Below are positions 44,516 through 55,490 of a stretch of 64,000 bases of DNA, one piece after another; position 1 is the first letter of the stretch; every line of letters starts with the position of its first letter. The DNA lies in assembly GCA_000091205.1 (NCBI GenBank), contig AP006502.2, one strand, 5' to 3'. The notes under the pieces were generated by a model, which saw nothing but the letters and a program-made list of their open reading frames with translations, had not been told where the DNA came from and did not search any database. Source of the DNA: Cyanidioschyzon merolae. Taxonomy: Eukaryota. A program made the translations under genes and the position numbers.

Positions 44516-45727
44516 ATGGTGACTCCGGGTTTCATCAGTAGTACAGTCGGTGCACGCGGTATGTCGTCGCGTTCCTGCAAAGCACTGGCGCTGAGCAGGA
44601 TTCCTGTACTAGTTACCTGGCGGCGGACTCGGCTGAACGCTGCGAAGCACCGCGGTGGCTTGCGCCTCTCCCAAAAAGCCGACGACCAGGCTTCACCTTC
44701 GGAATCAAAGCAAAAGTCTGAACAGAGCGGTGCGTTAGATGGGAAACAGCAGACAACGGGTGTGAACGACTCGGAGCAGTCGCTTCGGCAACTGCTTGGG
44801 ATGCGAGGCGCCAGCAAAGAAACGAACAAGTGGCGAATTCGCCTGCAGCTTATGAAGCCTATCACCTGGATTCCACTAGTCTGGGGAGTTGGCTGCGGTG
44901 CAGCTGCCTCCGGGCAATACCAATGGAACGATCCACAGGACATTGCAAAGCTATTGCTCTGCATGATCCTGTCGGGTCCGGTGTTGGCTGGCTTCACCCA
45001 GACGCTCAACGACTGGTTCGATCGCGAGATCGACGCTGTGAACGAGCCCTATCGGCCGATACCATCCGGAGCTATTTCCGAAGGTGAAGTCGTTGCGCAA
45101 ATATGGGCGCTTCTCTTCGCCGGACTCGGCTTGGCATACGGTCTCGACCTGTGGCAGGGGCACCAGTTTCCCCGGGTGCTTGCTGTAGCGTTGTTTGGAA
45201 CCTTCCTTGCATACATCTACTCAGCGCCGCCTCTGAAGCTGAAAAAGAACGGATGGCTAGGGAATTATGCACTCGGAGCATCGTATATTTCACTGCCGTG
45301 GTGGGCGGGCCAGTCGCTCTTCAGCGACAACCCGTTAGACTGGAAAATCATCGCACTAACGCTTCTCTATTCTTTTGCTGGGCTTGGCATAGCGGTTATT
45401 AATGATTTTAAATCCATCGAGGGTGACAGAAGACTGGGGCTAGCCAGCTTGCCCGTGATGTACGGTGTGGACACAGCCAAGTGGTTGAGTGTAGGCCTCA
45501 TCGATATTTTCCAGGCGCTGGTAGCGGCCTACTTGGCGCTTGTTGGCGAGACGGGGTATGCACTAGCGCTCGTTGCGATGATTCTGCCGCAAGTGTACCT
45601 GCAGTGGAAAATATTTTTACCGGACCCGATGCAGAACGACGTCAAGTACCAGGGTGCTGCCCAGCCGTTTCTAGTTTTTGGGATTTTGATCACCGCGCTG
45701 GCGATTGGTCATCATGGACAATTGTAG
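44516..45727 (+). CDS. chlG: chlorophyll synthase (chlorophyll a synthase ChlG, UbiA prenyltransferase superfamily) with plastid transit-like N-terminus
   Basis: The UbiA active-site motif NDWFDREIDAVNEPYRPIPSG is present, with a second Asp-rich region and a multi-TM profile. Identity to ChlG is high throughout (…MKPITWIPLVWGVGCGAAASG…). The first ATG is at 44516; the ORF-track start at 44489 is TTG. Confidence 0.9.
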   Translation: MVTPGFISSTVGARGMSSRSCKALALSRIPVLVTWRRTRLNAAKHRGGLRLSQKADDQASPSESKQKSEQSGALDGKQQTTGVNDSEQSLRQLLGMRGASKETNKWRIRLQLMKPITWIPLVWGVGCGAAASGQYQWNDPQDIAKLLLCMILSGPVLAGFTQTLNDWFDREIDAVNEPYRPIPSGAISEGEVVAQIWALLFAGLGLAYGLDLWQGHQFPRVLAVALFGTFLAYIYSAPPLKLKKNGWLGNYALGASYISLPWWAGQSLFSDNPLDWKIIALTLLYSFAGLGIAVINDFKSIEGDRRLGLASLPVMYGVDTAKWLSVGLIDIFQALVAAYLALVGETGYALALVAMILPQVYLQWKIFLPDPMQNDVKYQGAAQPFLVFGILITALAIGHHGQL

Positions 45728-46421
45728 AGTCGCTGGACGCAGCCCTGTGGAGACGGTCACACATGCGAGCACCGATAGCTGGCTGAGCGCTTCAGGAATA
45801 AGGAAATGTCCTGACGCTTCTCAACTGGATGCTGGTGGATAATGTTGTCGTGCTCACTGAGCTGCATCGCGTGCTCGAACGAAACACACGGGTTGCAATG
45901 CGCAGACGAACCGAAAGTTCTCGGCTATAGAATGCGTAATGAAGCGCGCTGCGGCAGGCACTTTGTTTCTCGGTGCAGTGAACACGGGTGAACCAGCTGT
46001 GAATCAACGGCCGTGTCCACGACAACACTCGTTGCACATTTGCTGCTCGCAACAAGCGCGAGCAGCTCGAATTGCGCATCAGCATGCCACTGCATCTTGA
46101 ACGATTACCGGAACTGAGGCCGTGGTACATTGCCGTGCTGCATTGTTCTGGCCCAAAACGTACCCGTGCAGGGGTGAACCTCACAGACAGCCTGTTGGAA
46201 CGCGCTGTGGACACGGAGATCTCGATGCTCGATGCTGCTTGCGGTACAAGGAATTGTACCCAAATGCTCTTTCCCCTCAGTTGGTCTCATCGAATAGACC
46301 GATAACGGTCTCTACGCAGAGAAATGCATCATCCTTGGAGCGGTATGGCCTGCTGCATTGCCGAGTAGGCGATTTCGAGCGAGCGAGGCCATCGCGACCC
46401 TGCTGGCAGTGCACACGAAAA

Positions 46422-46745
46422 GCGCTCACTTTCACCAACAGACAGGTAGGTAGCTTGAAAGGCAAGGAGGTCGCACTGCAGCAACCATTCCCCCTGATTG
46501 CCTGATTGATATCGCTTTGCGAGCCGGCAGCGCTCACTTTCACCAACAGACAGGTAGGTAGCTTGAAAGGCAAGGAGGTCGCACTGCAGCAACCATGCCC
46601 CCTGATTGCCTGATTGATATCGCCTTGCGAGCCGGCAGCGCTCACTTTCACCAACAGACAGGTAGGTAGCTTGAAAGGCAAGGAGGTCGCGCTGCAGCAA
46701 CCATGCCCCCTGATTGCCTGAACGATATCGCCTCGTTAACCCGCT
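46422..46745. repeat. 108-bp tandem minisatellite, 3 full copies (units start at 46422, 46530 and 46638), with a degenerate partial copy near 46800
   Basis: The unit is gcgctcactttcaccaacagacaggtaggtagcttgaaaggcaaggaggtcgc(a/g)ctgcagcaaccat(t/g)ccccctgattgcctga(t/a)(t/c)gatatcgc(t/c)t(t/c)gcgagccggca, with more than 95% identity between units. The spurious minus-strand ORFs here show the identical 36-aa repeats expected from 108 = 36 x 3. Confidence 0.85.
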
Positions 46746-47300
46746 AGCCTGCCCGATAGAAACTGCACCTGCACAGTCACGCACGGTGCACCTCTCATGC
46801 CGTTCAGGCCGGCAGCGCTGACAAACACCACGCGCTCATCCGTAGATTTCTCCGGAAACCTTGCCCCGATATCCCTCGCAATAGTAGCGCCCGCGGTATG
46901 AACAAAAACCTCGTTCTCCGCGGTGACGACTCCAAGACGCCTTGCATCATCACCGCTACACTGGACGATGCGCGCTCCCATGCCGAAGCCACACCCAAGC
47001 TCGCTCGCTGGCCTCAAACAGCACCAACACCGCTACCAACACCACATTATGTCTCCAACTGCAAGTGCAGCAATGCAGCAGTAGCCCAGCTATATGGATG
47101 CATCCCAGGCGCCTAGACCGGCGATCCGCTACGCAACACGCTGCCTGGGCCTGTGTAGACGCTGCGGCGCTGGCGCTTCGCGAAACCAGACATACCCGCG
47201 CATACCGCTTCACACCGAAAACTTTTTGGTGCTTTTTGTTTTCGTATTGTTTCGTTGCTTGGAACGGTCCACGTACCTGCCGCACGAACTCAGCTCATTC

Positions 47301-48389
47301 ATGGCCAAGCGGCCGCGTCCAAGTGCCTCACAAGAGGATCTCCAAGAAAGGGATGAAGCGATTGACGGGAAATTGTTGCGCTATCAAATAGCACAGCTTG
47401 GTGCTTCCTTGCAAGCTCGACAGGAGGAGCTGCAGAGGCTGCAGAGCCGGGTGGAAACCCTAGAGCGGGAACTGGCAGAGCATGATGTTGCGCAAAAGCC
47501 CGAGCTTCGGCCCGAATGGGAGCCTCTTGTCCAGGCTGCAGTGGCTGCGAGGAAGGTAGAGCGTCTCGAGCAGGACCTCGAGGACGCCCGCCAACAGCTC
47601 ACGCAACAGCGGCGTCTTCTCGTTCGTTTAGAGTGCGGAGTCTCTGTTACCGGTACCAGCACTGCGACTGATCAAGCACCTGTTCCCAAGCCAGACTCGT
47701 CACCTGCTTCGGAGCAGTCGTCAGCGCCGGAACGCAACGATACGCTAGCGGGCACTGCGGCCGCAGAGGCGCCATCGTCGACCTCCGCTGGGCCTCAGCA
47801 AGTCGACACAAAGCAGGTATCCGTCCTACAGTCCCAGGTAAATGAACTGGAAACAAGGATTAGTCTTTTGGCAGAGGAACTCGCACAGGAGCGTGAACTC
47901 GCTCGAGCCGTTCGCGAACAACTCGAGAGCAGCGCGCGGGAGAAAGCGGAACTAGCGAGTGCACTCCAGGTCGCCCAGGAGCAGGCACAGAACCCAGAGC
48001 CAGAGGTTATTCGGGCGTCGGCCACCTACAAGAGCATGGAGGCCCATTTACTGATTCTTCTGCGGGCTGAACAGAAATGGAGTCAGGATCGGGAAGCGCT
48101 TGTCCGCGAACGCGATGAGCTCTTGATTCGCGCTAACCAGGAACAAACAGTCGAGAAGCGAGAGCTCCTTAGCGAGATCGAGAAGCTCAAAGCAAAAATA
48201 AATGAGAAGAACACGGAAACGGAATGGCTGAAGGAGAATGTAGCCAAACTACAGATGATGTACGAGGAGAAGAAAAAAGTCGCTGTTGATCCCGTGGTTC
48301 TAGACGAGACCAGCAGAGCTGTACGCCAACTGCAGGAACGGAACGCGGATCTCAGCACGAAATTACAGAGCATACGGACAGCCGAAGCG
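47301..48389 (+). CDS. BRE1: E3 ubiquitin-protein ligase BRE1 (H2B monoubiquitin ligase), exon 1 (coiled-coil region)
   Basis: A long coiled coil starts at MAKRPRPSASQEDLQERDEAIDGKLLRYQIAQL (an upstream in-frame ATG at 47094 is also possible). The exon ends in phase 0 directly before GTAAGT at 48390. Confidence 0.7.
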
Positions 48390-48773
48390 GTAAGTTTATA
48401 CAGTTACTGACGTAGCGGAAAGCGCCTCGCGTTGCTTCTCCTGGATGCACGGGCGCTTTCATAGAGCTCGACTCCATTCAGTCAGTCAGTCAGTCAGTCA
48501 GTCTGACTGACTGTCTGTCTGTCAGTTTGTGTGCATGTGTTTGTATGCACATGACCAGCACCCATCGTTGACGTTCTTTGGCGAACACTGGCGTCATCTG
48601 GTGATATGCGAAGCCACAAGGCGACGCAAGCGATACGAGCGCCCGTACCGCCGTCGACGCCATGCAGCGGGTGCCGGTGACCACACGGGTATAGCGTTGC
48701 CGGCTGACTCGGGCCCAAGACTACCACACGCTTATCGAACCGAACAGAGCACTAACCGATTCTCATCAACCAG
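48390..48773 (+). other. spliceosomal intron of BRE1 (384 nt, GT…AG, phase 0) containing a palindromic (CAGT)6/(ACTG)n microsatellite
   Basis: The donor is gcg|gtaagtttat. The intron has an in-frame stop. A pyrimidine tract …ccgattctcatcaaccag| precedes the acceptor at 48772-48773. The downstream exon continues in frame (DVQSASEDASEYLAEIETL…). The microsatellite cagtcagtcagtcagtcagtcagtctgactgactg lies at about 48478-48515. Confidence 0.65.
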
Positions 48774-49580
48774 GATGTACAGAGCGCTTCTGAAGACGCA
48801 TCGGAGTATTTGGCAGAGATCGAGACCTTGTCGTCCAGCTTGACCAAGGCGGAGGCCTCCATCGCACAACTCACGGAACGCCTTATCGAGAAAGAAGCAA
48901 CCCTAGGCAAAGTGCTCGCGGAAAGGCTCAAATACATTCAGCAGCAACTGACGTTAAAGGAGCAGCTGAAAGTGGAAGCGAATCGCGCCGAGAAAGAACA
49001 CGAGCTCTCGCAACAAATCAGCCATGCATTGACTGCAGCACGGAATCAGGTGTCCGAGCTGCAGAGCCAGTTGGAGAAAATGAGTAGCGAAATGCGTATT
49101 GTTCGCAAGCAAGCCGACATCGCCCGCCTCGGCGCCGAAAAGAGCGCGGCGGAAGCGTATACCCAGCGGCAGTTTGCCGAGTCCGCCCAATCGCAGGTAA
49201 GACGCCTCAGTGGAGAACTGGCTCAGCTTCGTGGTCAGATCGAACAGCAAACAGAGGCGCTGCGTGCTGCAGACGAAGCGAAAACGCGTAGCGAACGACG
49301 CGTGTCGCGGCTGGAGCACGAGCTCGAACTATTACGCAAGCGCAACGCTGCAACGAGCGCTAGCGATGTCGACTGGCAACACGAAATGATCGAAGATATG
49401 CGACGCAAGCTCTACTGCACCGTCTGCAAAGCTCAGGAGAAACAGGTTACACTGCTTCGCTGTTTTCACATGTTCTGTCGGGATTGCATTCAAACGAATA
49501 TCGCGAATCGAAATCGCAAATGCCCGTTATGTGGCGAAAAATTCGGCACCGACGATGTGAAACCGATCTTTTTCGTCTGA
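48774..49580 (+). CDS. BRE1: BRE1 exon 2 (coiled coil plus C-terminal C3HC4 RING finger)
   Basis: The C-terminal RING is CTVCKAQEKQVTLLRCFHMFCRDCIQTNIANRNRKCPLCGEKFGTDDVKPIFFV, which matches the BRE1/RNF20 RING consensus. Confidence 0.75.
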   Translation, partial: DVQSASEDASEYLAEIETLSSSLTKAEASIAQLTERLIEKEATLGKVLAERLKYIQQQLTLKEQLKVEANRAEKEHELSQQISHALTAARNQVSELQSQLEKMSSEMRIVRKQADIARLGAEKSAAEAYTQRQFAESAQSQVRRLSGELAQLRGQIEQQTEALRAADEAKTRSERRVSRLEHELELLRKRNAATSASDVDWQHEMIEDMRRKLYCTVCKAQEKQVTLLRCFHMFCRDCIQTNIANRNRKCPLCGEKFGTDDVKPIFFV

Positions 49581-50115
49581 GCGACTCGCGAATGCCAGGA
49601 GTACGGTTTGCTCCACGTAATGAGCGTCCACGCTTGCGAGCATGAATGTATGGATGTGTGTGCGGGCGTTCATATGCACGTGGCTTTTAACGAGATCATG
49701 TAGGTACGAGCGAGGATGTGTGGATTTGGCACAAGTCTCGCCAGGGCGCCTGGTACACCAGCACCACCAGCATCACATGAGCGATTGACGCCTGCAGCTG
49801 CCTCCTCTGCGCTGACCCTTAAACGATTCAAACGATTATCAAAGGGCGTACCTGCAGCGCATTCGAATGATTTCCAAGGGCAAACACCCGACGCGTCTGC
49901 TACGTGTTTTGGACACGAGCTCGCCTTTGCTCCTGGTCACCATTCATCGGATGCGAGATTTGCCAGATACTGCCGATGCAGCAGTCCTCCAGGTAGATGC
50001 GTTAAAGACGCGGTACCATGCAGCCTCCGAGGCAGCGGCGACGACGTGGTATTCGGGCGCTCGTCCAACAACTGTTGGGATTCAGCTGCGTTGGGCTACT
50101 CGGGCAAGGGCGCAC

Positions 50116-51078
50116 TCACCCGCGCTCAGCTTCCGACTGACGCTGCTCCTGTTGTTGTTGTTGTTGTTGTTGCTGCTGCTGCGACCTCGATAGCGGATGC
50201 ATCACAAAGTCCAGCGTCCGTCGCGTCACTGGCGCTGAGGGCGATGCATCCGCAATGCCTGGTGCGCTGCTGCCCAGCGCCCCGGGTTGGGTTTCAGGCT
50301 CCGTCTCAACGCCTGACTCGAAGAAACTCCCCGGTTGTATCTGACCAATGTCAGCGAGTGCGTCGCGGGCCTGCACCAACAGCGTCTCTGCTTCCTGTTG
50401 CTTCCGTCCGTGTCCGCGGCGGAAGAGGATATACACCCGCACACGCAAGCCGCGCATGAGGAACTCGCGAGCGCGGCGCATTTTCAGCGCAAAGTCGTGA
50501 CTCTGTGTCACTGGCGAGAGACGAATCTCCTTGGTGACTTGTTGGCGTGTTTTCCGTGCTGCTTTCACCATATTCCGCTTGGCTTTGGCGGATCTCGTCG
50601 ATAGTACGTCACGTGCGGACGTAACGAGTCGACAGACCGGCAAAGGGCGTGCTTTGGGCGCCACTTCGACCAGATCGAGTCCACGGCTCGATGCCTTCTG
50701 CAGCGCATCTGCCACAGAGAAGGTGCCCAGTGCCTCACCGTTGGTATCCACAAGCAGACACTGCATCGTAGAGGGAATTTCATCGTTCACACGAAGACGT
50801 GCTTTCTCTACCATGCGGGGCTTGACCTGCGATGCAGCCGCAACTACAAAGCTTCTCCGGGCCGTCGATGCAACCTCCACTGCAACTAGGCTTGCGCAGC
50901 TCGCCTTGCTGTACTTTGCTGCAGTCGCTGTTACACCGTACAATGCCGACTGCACATGTCCAAGCACCCGGGTGTAACCAGTGTCTGCAGCAGCTCCCGG
51001 CAGTCGACGGCTTTGTGTGCTAGTCCGGGACAGCGTCTCGTGCGAGAAGCGCATGCCAAACGCATCCCTACGAGGCAT
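50116..51078 (-). CDS. infC: organellar (plastid or mitochondrial) translation initiation factor IF-3 with transit-like presequence and C-terminal poly-Q tail
   Basis: The IF3 N- and C-domains are present: RVNDEIPSTMQCLLVDTNGEALGTFSVADALQKASSRGLDLVEVAPKARPLPVCRLV…KEIRLSPVTQSHDFALKMRRAREFLMRGLRVRVYILFRRGHG…. The ORF is open up to 51789 (GTG). The start was set at an in-frame ATG preceding a Ser/Thr/Arg-rich presequence, but it is uncertain. The Q11 tail is encoded by a (CAG/CAA)n repeat at about 50150-50185. Confidence 0.6.
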   Translation of the reverse strand: MPRRDAFGMRFSHETLSRTSTQSRRLPGAAADTGYTRVLGHVQSALYGVTATAAKYSKASCASLVAVEVASTARRSFVVAAASQVKPRMVEKARLRVNDEIPSTMQCLLVDTNGEALGTFSVADALQKASSRGLDLVEVAPKARPLPVCRLVTSARDVLSTRSAKAKRNMVKAARKTRQQVTKEIRLSPVTQSHDFALKMRRAREFLMRGLRVRVYILFRRGHGRKQQEAETLLVQARDALADIGQIQPGSFFESGVETEPETQPGALGSSAPGIADASPSAPVTRRTLDFVMHPLSRSQQQQQQQQQQQEQRQSEAERG

Positions 51079-52044
51079 GTATCCGTGGTTGTCGTTCCAG
51101 CGGGTTACGGAGCGTCGTATCCAGCATGACAGGCGATGCAGTACACGAGCGGATTCTGGCATGAGAAGAGGGTCAAGGCGACAGCGCTGTTCTGGCGCTG
51201 ACGTCTGCACACCCCGACTCGCGGTCTGTTCACGACGACGACGACGACTACTGTGAGGAGCAGGAGGAGAAGAAAAAGAAGTGATGCGCCTCATATGCAA
51301 GACGCTGCTCGCGGTGGACGCTTTGCACGCTGGTACAGCGTGTGCTCTACTGTACGCCGTTGCTGTCGCCACCCGAGTCGACGTCTCCGCTACGGGACCG
51401 AACGCCCGAATGAAGCCCAGATGCTGACAAAAGCGGTCCCAGCGGCACCGCTTTCGCCAAGACTCATACGTGAGAAGCGGTGTGCGCACCAGCGTCGCGG
51501 TACTCGCAGGGCAGCCTTCCTGGGCGAGGCCGTGTTGCGCGTGTGCCGACGCCAAGCCACGAAGCCAAACAGAACACCAGTCCCCGCTGTGTCTGGTGCG
51601 CATGAAACTCTCCTCGAGTCTTGAGTCCGGTACTCGTAGGTCACCCGTCGAAAGCAGCGCCGACCCACACAACAGCCAGCACCGGTGATGCGCACCCGTT
51701 GCCTGCCAGTCCCGCGTGAACGCAGTCGTACACCAGTGCTGCTCCGCTGACAAGCGCACACGCTCTGTAAACCTCGGGGCTTCCTCCACTGCACCTCGTG
51801 TAGCTCCTGGAGACGACGTTCGTGTTTCGTGCCAGCCAGCGAGCGCTGGCCTGCGACCAAGAAACGTCCAAGAAGCTCACCGTTCGCAGCAGCAGCAGCA
51901 TCGCACGAGGAGGATGCGCAAGTCTCGTTTGGCGACCGCGACTGGTACGCCCTTTGTCTCTGCAACTGCCTGTCGCTGTCGTGCGTTGCCTGCAAGCGCT
52001 TTCGGAAACGCATCGAGTGGACAAGTCTGAGGTGTGGTGGCGGT

Positions 52045-53559
52045 ATGGTCATCGTTCAGATAAAATGGAATAAACAGGTCTTCCCTACAGAGGTGTCTGA
52101 GGACGAGACGGCGCGTTCACTCATGGAGCGTTTACAGAAACTCACCGGGGTACCGTCCGAGCGCCTGACGCTGCTGGGCCTCAAGCGCGGGGCAGTGCGT
52201 GTCCACACTGCCGGTACGCTTGCTGCACTCGGCCTTCAGGACGGGTGTACGGTGATGCTGCTTGGAACGCCTGTGTCAGCGGGTGCGGCTGCTGTCAGCC
52301 AAGCGGTAGCGAATAGCCCGCTGTCGCCCGAGAAGGCTGGTGCTGGGGTCACAGGGACAACTGCCTCGGGTGCGTCTGCAACTCCCCCGCTGAAGCATGT
52401 GCGGCGGGGGCTTGCGAACCTCGGCAATAGCTGCTACGCGAACGCTACGATTCAGTGTTTATTGCAGGTGCCTGAGCTGCGCGACTACCTCAGATCTCGC
52501 GTTCAGAGCAGCGCTTCGTTGGCACCAGCGGTGACGACTGCTGACGCGGAGCACCGAGTTGTCATGGCGCTTGCAGCACTTGCAGAGACGCTTTCATCAC
52601 CGAACGCAGTCCAAGGCTCGTCTGATAATCCCGAGCGCTTCTATCCACAGGTGGTCATGGCTGCTCTGCGGAGCGCGTATCCCCAGTTCGCACAACGTGA
52701 CAATCACGGTATGTATATGCAGCAGGATGCGGAGGAGTGTCTTTCACAGATTCTCGGCGCTCTGGCGCGCATGGAGCCACCTACAACCGGAACAAATTGG
52801 GTAGATGCCACTTTCGGAACGCTGATTGCCTCAACCGACCGCTGTGACGAACCGAATGAAGTATCCACGGCGTGCACGCCCGTTGTCAGTCACGAGTGTT
52901 TACGACTGCTGCCGTGTCATATCAGCAAGCAGGTGAATCATCTGTCGGAGGGCATCCGCGAAGGCCTCGAAGGCTCCATCGAGCGATACGTGGACTCGCT
53001 GGGTCGAACCCTGAACTGGAAGCGGGAATCCCGAATCGAGCGGTTACCACCGTACCTCATTGTGCATTTCGTGCGTTTCTTCTGGAAACCGGTTGAGAAA
53101 GTGAAAGCCAAGGTTTTGCGCAAAGTCGTGTTTCCGCTGATACTCGATACGTTGCCATTCTGTACGGACAGCTTGCAGGATGCCCTCCGAGCAGCTCGAA
53201 CGCCAACCGCCACGACAGAAGCAGACGCGGAGGGTGCCCTTCAAGACGCTCAGGTCGGTGGTAGCAGCAGCAGCAGCAGTAGCAGCAGTGGAAAACCCGA
53301 CACACCGTCCGGACTGTATGAATTGTTTGCTGTGCTCACGCATCAAGGACGAACTGCGGACTCGGGCCATTACGTCGCATGGGTACGTGATCCCGAGCAA
53401 CCCCTGGATCGCAGTGTTTGGCTCAAGTACGACGATGATCGTGTTGAGACTGTTACCGAGGACCAGATTCTTCGACTCTGTGGAGGCGGCGACTGGCACA
53501 TGGCCTACATATGTTTTTATCGAATGAGGCCTGGACCAGGCACCAATGAAAAACGCTAG
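52045..53559 (+). CDS. USP14: ubiquitin carboxyl-terminal hydrolase 14 (USP14/Ubp6-type deubiquitinase with N-terminal ubiquitin-like domain)
   Basis: The Ubl N-terminus is MVIVQIKWNKQVFPTEV…TLLGLKRG. The Cys box is GLANLGNSCYANATIQCL and the His box is YELFAVLTHQGRTADSGHYVAWV. The first ATG at 52045 was verified; the ORF-track start at 51829 lies upstream. Confidence 0.85.
   Translation: MVIVQIKWNKQVFPTEVSEDETARSLMERLQKLTGVPSERLTLLGLKRGAVRVHTAGTLAALGLQDGCTVMLLGTPVSAGAAAVSQAVANSPLSPEKAGAGVTGTTASGASATPPLKHVRRGLANLGNSCYANATIQCLLQVPELRDYLRSRVQSSASLAPAVTTADAEHRVVMALAALAETLSSPNAVQGSSDNPERFYPQVVMAALRSAYPQFAQRDNHGMYMQQDAEECLSQILGALARMEPPTTGTNWVDATFGTLIASTDRCDEPNEVSTACTPVVSHECLRLLPCHISKQVNHLSEGIREGLEGSIERYVDSLGRTLNWKRESRIERLPPYLIVHFVRFFWKPVEKVKAKVLRKVVFPLILDTLPFCTDSLQDALRAARTPTATTEADAEGALQDAQVGGSSSSSSSSSGKPDTPSGLYELFAVLTHQGRTADSGHYVAWVRDPEQPLDRSVWLKYDDDRVETVTEDQILRLCGGGDWHMAYICFYRMRPGPGTNEKR
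53262..53290. repeat. (CAG)n microsatellite inside the USP14 coding sequence (poly-Ser SSSSSSSSS insert)
   Basis: The sequence agcagcagcagcagcagtagcagcag is seen directly. Confidence 0.8.
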
Positions 53560-55490
53560 CATTTGTTTCAGCTAAATGAGCTTGATGGCGAAAGCAGCGC
53601 GGAAACGTGCACGTCAGTTGTGACTGCTTCTGAATCAAGCACCGATGAACGAGGATCAGTGTGTTCGCTCCCCGAAAGCCTCATATCAGCAACACGAGCA
53701 GATCACTGGACCCCTGTGAACGCTCTATGGACAGACGCGCGTCCAAGCGCCATTTCCTGAACACCAGGCCACAGCTTCCAAGACCGTGAACATCTCACAA
53801 TGCGTTCACGAGGTGGTTACGAGCGCCTTCGCGAAATGCAACCTGCAGCATCCGCAGGTGAACGAGAAGCTTTTCATAACAATGGCTAGCGTTCAGCACG
53901 ACGCTCATCGCTGCGTATGAATCAGCGGATAGATTTCTTCATGGTGTATCGTCGTTGTCCGCGGACTGATGGATGTGCATTCTCGATCGAGGCGGGAACA
54001 CGAGCGTCATCCGCGAGTCCAATGAAGCGCTGAACCGGGACTAGGTCGTCATGATCGCATCCCAGTCGCGCGGATGTGCTGCGGTAACACCGCGAACGAA
54101 GGCAATGAAAAGCACACATAGGACGACGCGCTCATTTCGGTGCTTTCCTTTCACGGACTGCATATCTATGCGCACCAAGGCGCCAATGAAGCACGGTGTA
54201 TGCCGGGCAAGCACGTCTCAAGGGCGTCGACATCTAAGGCACGCGGTTGGGCGGCGTAGCGCAGGTCACGGTGAACGCTCTGGGAGCGCTCTGAAAACAT
54301 CTGGGTGCGTTTCGCAGGATGACGAGCACCTAGGAGCCTCGAAAGTACCGCCGCTCCTTGCATCGCTATGTCCACGACATTGTCTTACGGGGCGACGTTC
54401 GCAAAGGCGCCACATCGAGCGAGTCTCTCTGCAGAAGCGAGCAGTTTCGCAGCAAGCGTGGCGGTATATACCACCACCGCTCGCACCTATGGCGCTACTG
54501 GTTCAACATCAGTGACATGGACAGTGTTTTCCGCATCCCAGAGCGTCCGATTCGATGCACCCAAGCGCAGTTAATGAATGGGAAAAAGGAAACGGGGCGA
54601 GGCGGAAGCATTCGAGAACCCGTTCTCGTGTGTTGCCGTGGACATTGTCGCCTTTATAACGATGCATCGGAAGGACACAGTTAACAGGATGTCTTCTTAT
54701 CCACAAAAATAACGTTCAAAACTTTGCCCATGAACATGATGCATACGCACAGCACCGGTTTCTGGTGCTCGTTGCGCTGGTGCTCGCCTCCGCGCAACAG
54801 CAGGTGTTTCCGTGCAGGCCAGTGCCACTTGTGCCGCCAGTTTCCGTTTCCGCACAGAGCACGCATCGCATAGTGCTTGCTCTCTGAACACAATCAAATC
54901 CAATAGTGTCCACAGCCGTGAAGATCACAAACTTGTAGCGTGTACTCTGTTACGGACGCGTGCTCCAGTGCGCACCACATGCTCGGGCGCGCTAGATCAG
55001 TAAAACGAGTACCCAATGACTATGATGAAGGCGCTATCCAGCCACAGACTCTAATATCTTTTCACTGCCCTTCGAAGAGATTTCGACGTGATGGAAAGGG
55101 TCAAGCTGTTGCGGCACTGCACAACCAGATACGTCAGTGTCTCGACTGCGACACCACGTGCTACCAGTAACGCGGGCAAAGCTGGTCTACCACAAACCAA
55201 CCAGTGCCTGAAAGTATCACATCATTTTTACAACGAGCTGCAGCAGCGGTGATACCGAAACGTCCAGAACAAACACCACTGAATACGTTCACGGCCAAAG
55301 GTTCCGTGTGAACGACTACGCTCGCAGTGTGGCACTTCTGGCGAGAACGCTACGCACATGACGTTGAGCAAAGCCTGAGCTTGAGGCGGCAACCTCGACA
55401 CCGGCTTTGACGCGTTGACTTGCAAGTCTCTACCTGGTCGCGCTACAGGCGGTGCCTCGAGTGGCCTCAAACACGAAGAAGCTGCCTAGG

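Noticed and set aside
46422-46745. CRISPR-like array
   Set aside because: The units are contiguous and near-identical over their full 108 bp, with no unique spacers. The genome is eukaryotic.
46277-46784. Minus-strand ORFs encoding a perfect 36-aa x3 repeat protein
   Set aside because: These are the direct translation of the 108-bp noncoding minisatellite. Codon usage is not gene-like, and overlapping alternative frames are equally open.
49716-50459. 247-aa plus-strand ORF (and similar long antisense ORFs, e.g. 27517-28125, 12890-13648, 18614-19162, 56093-56467)
   Set aside because: Each is antisense to, or embedded in, a confidently homologous gene on the other strand. Long stop-free antisense frames are expected at this GC content. 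None has a recognisable motif.
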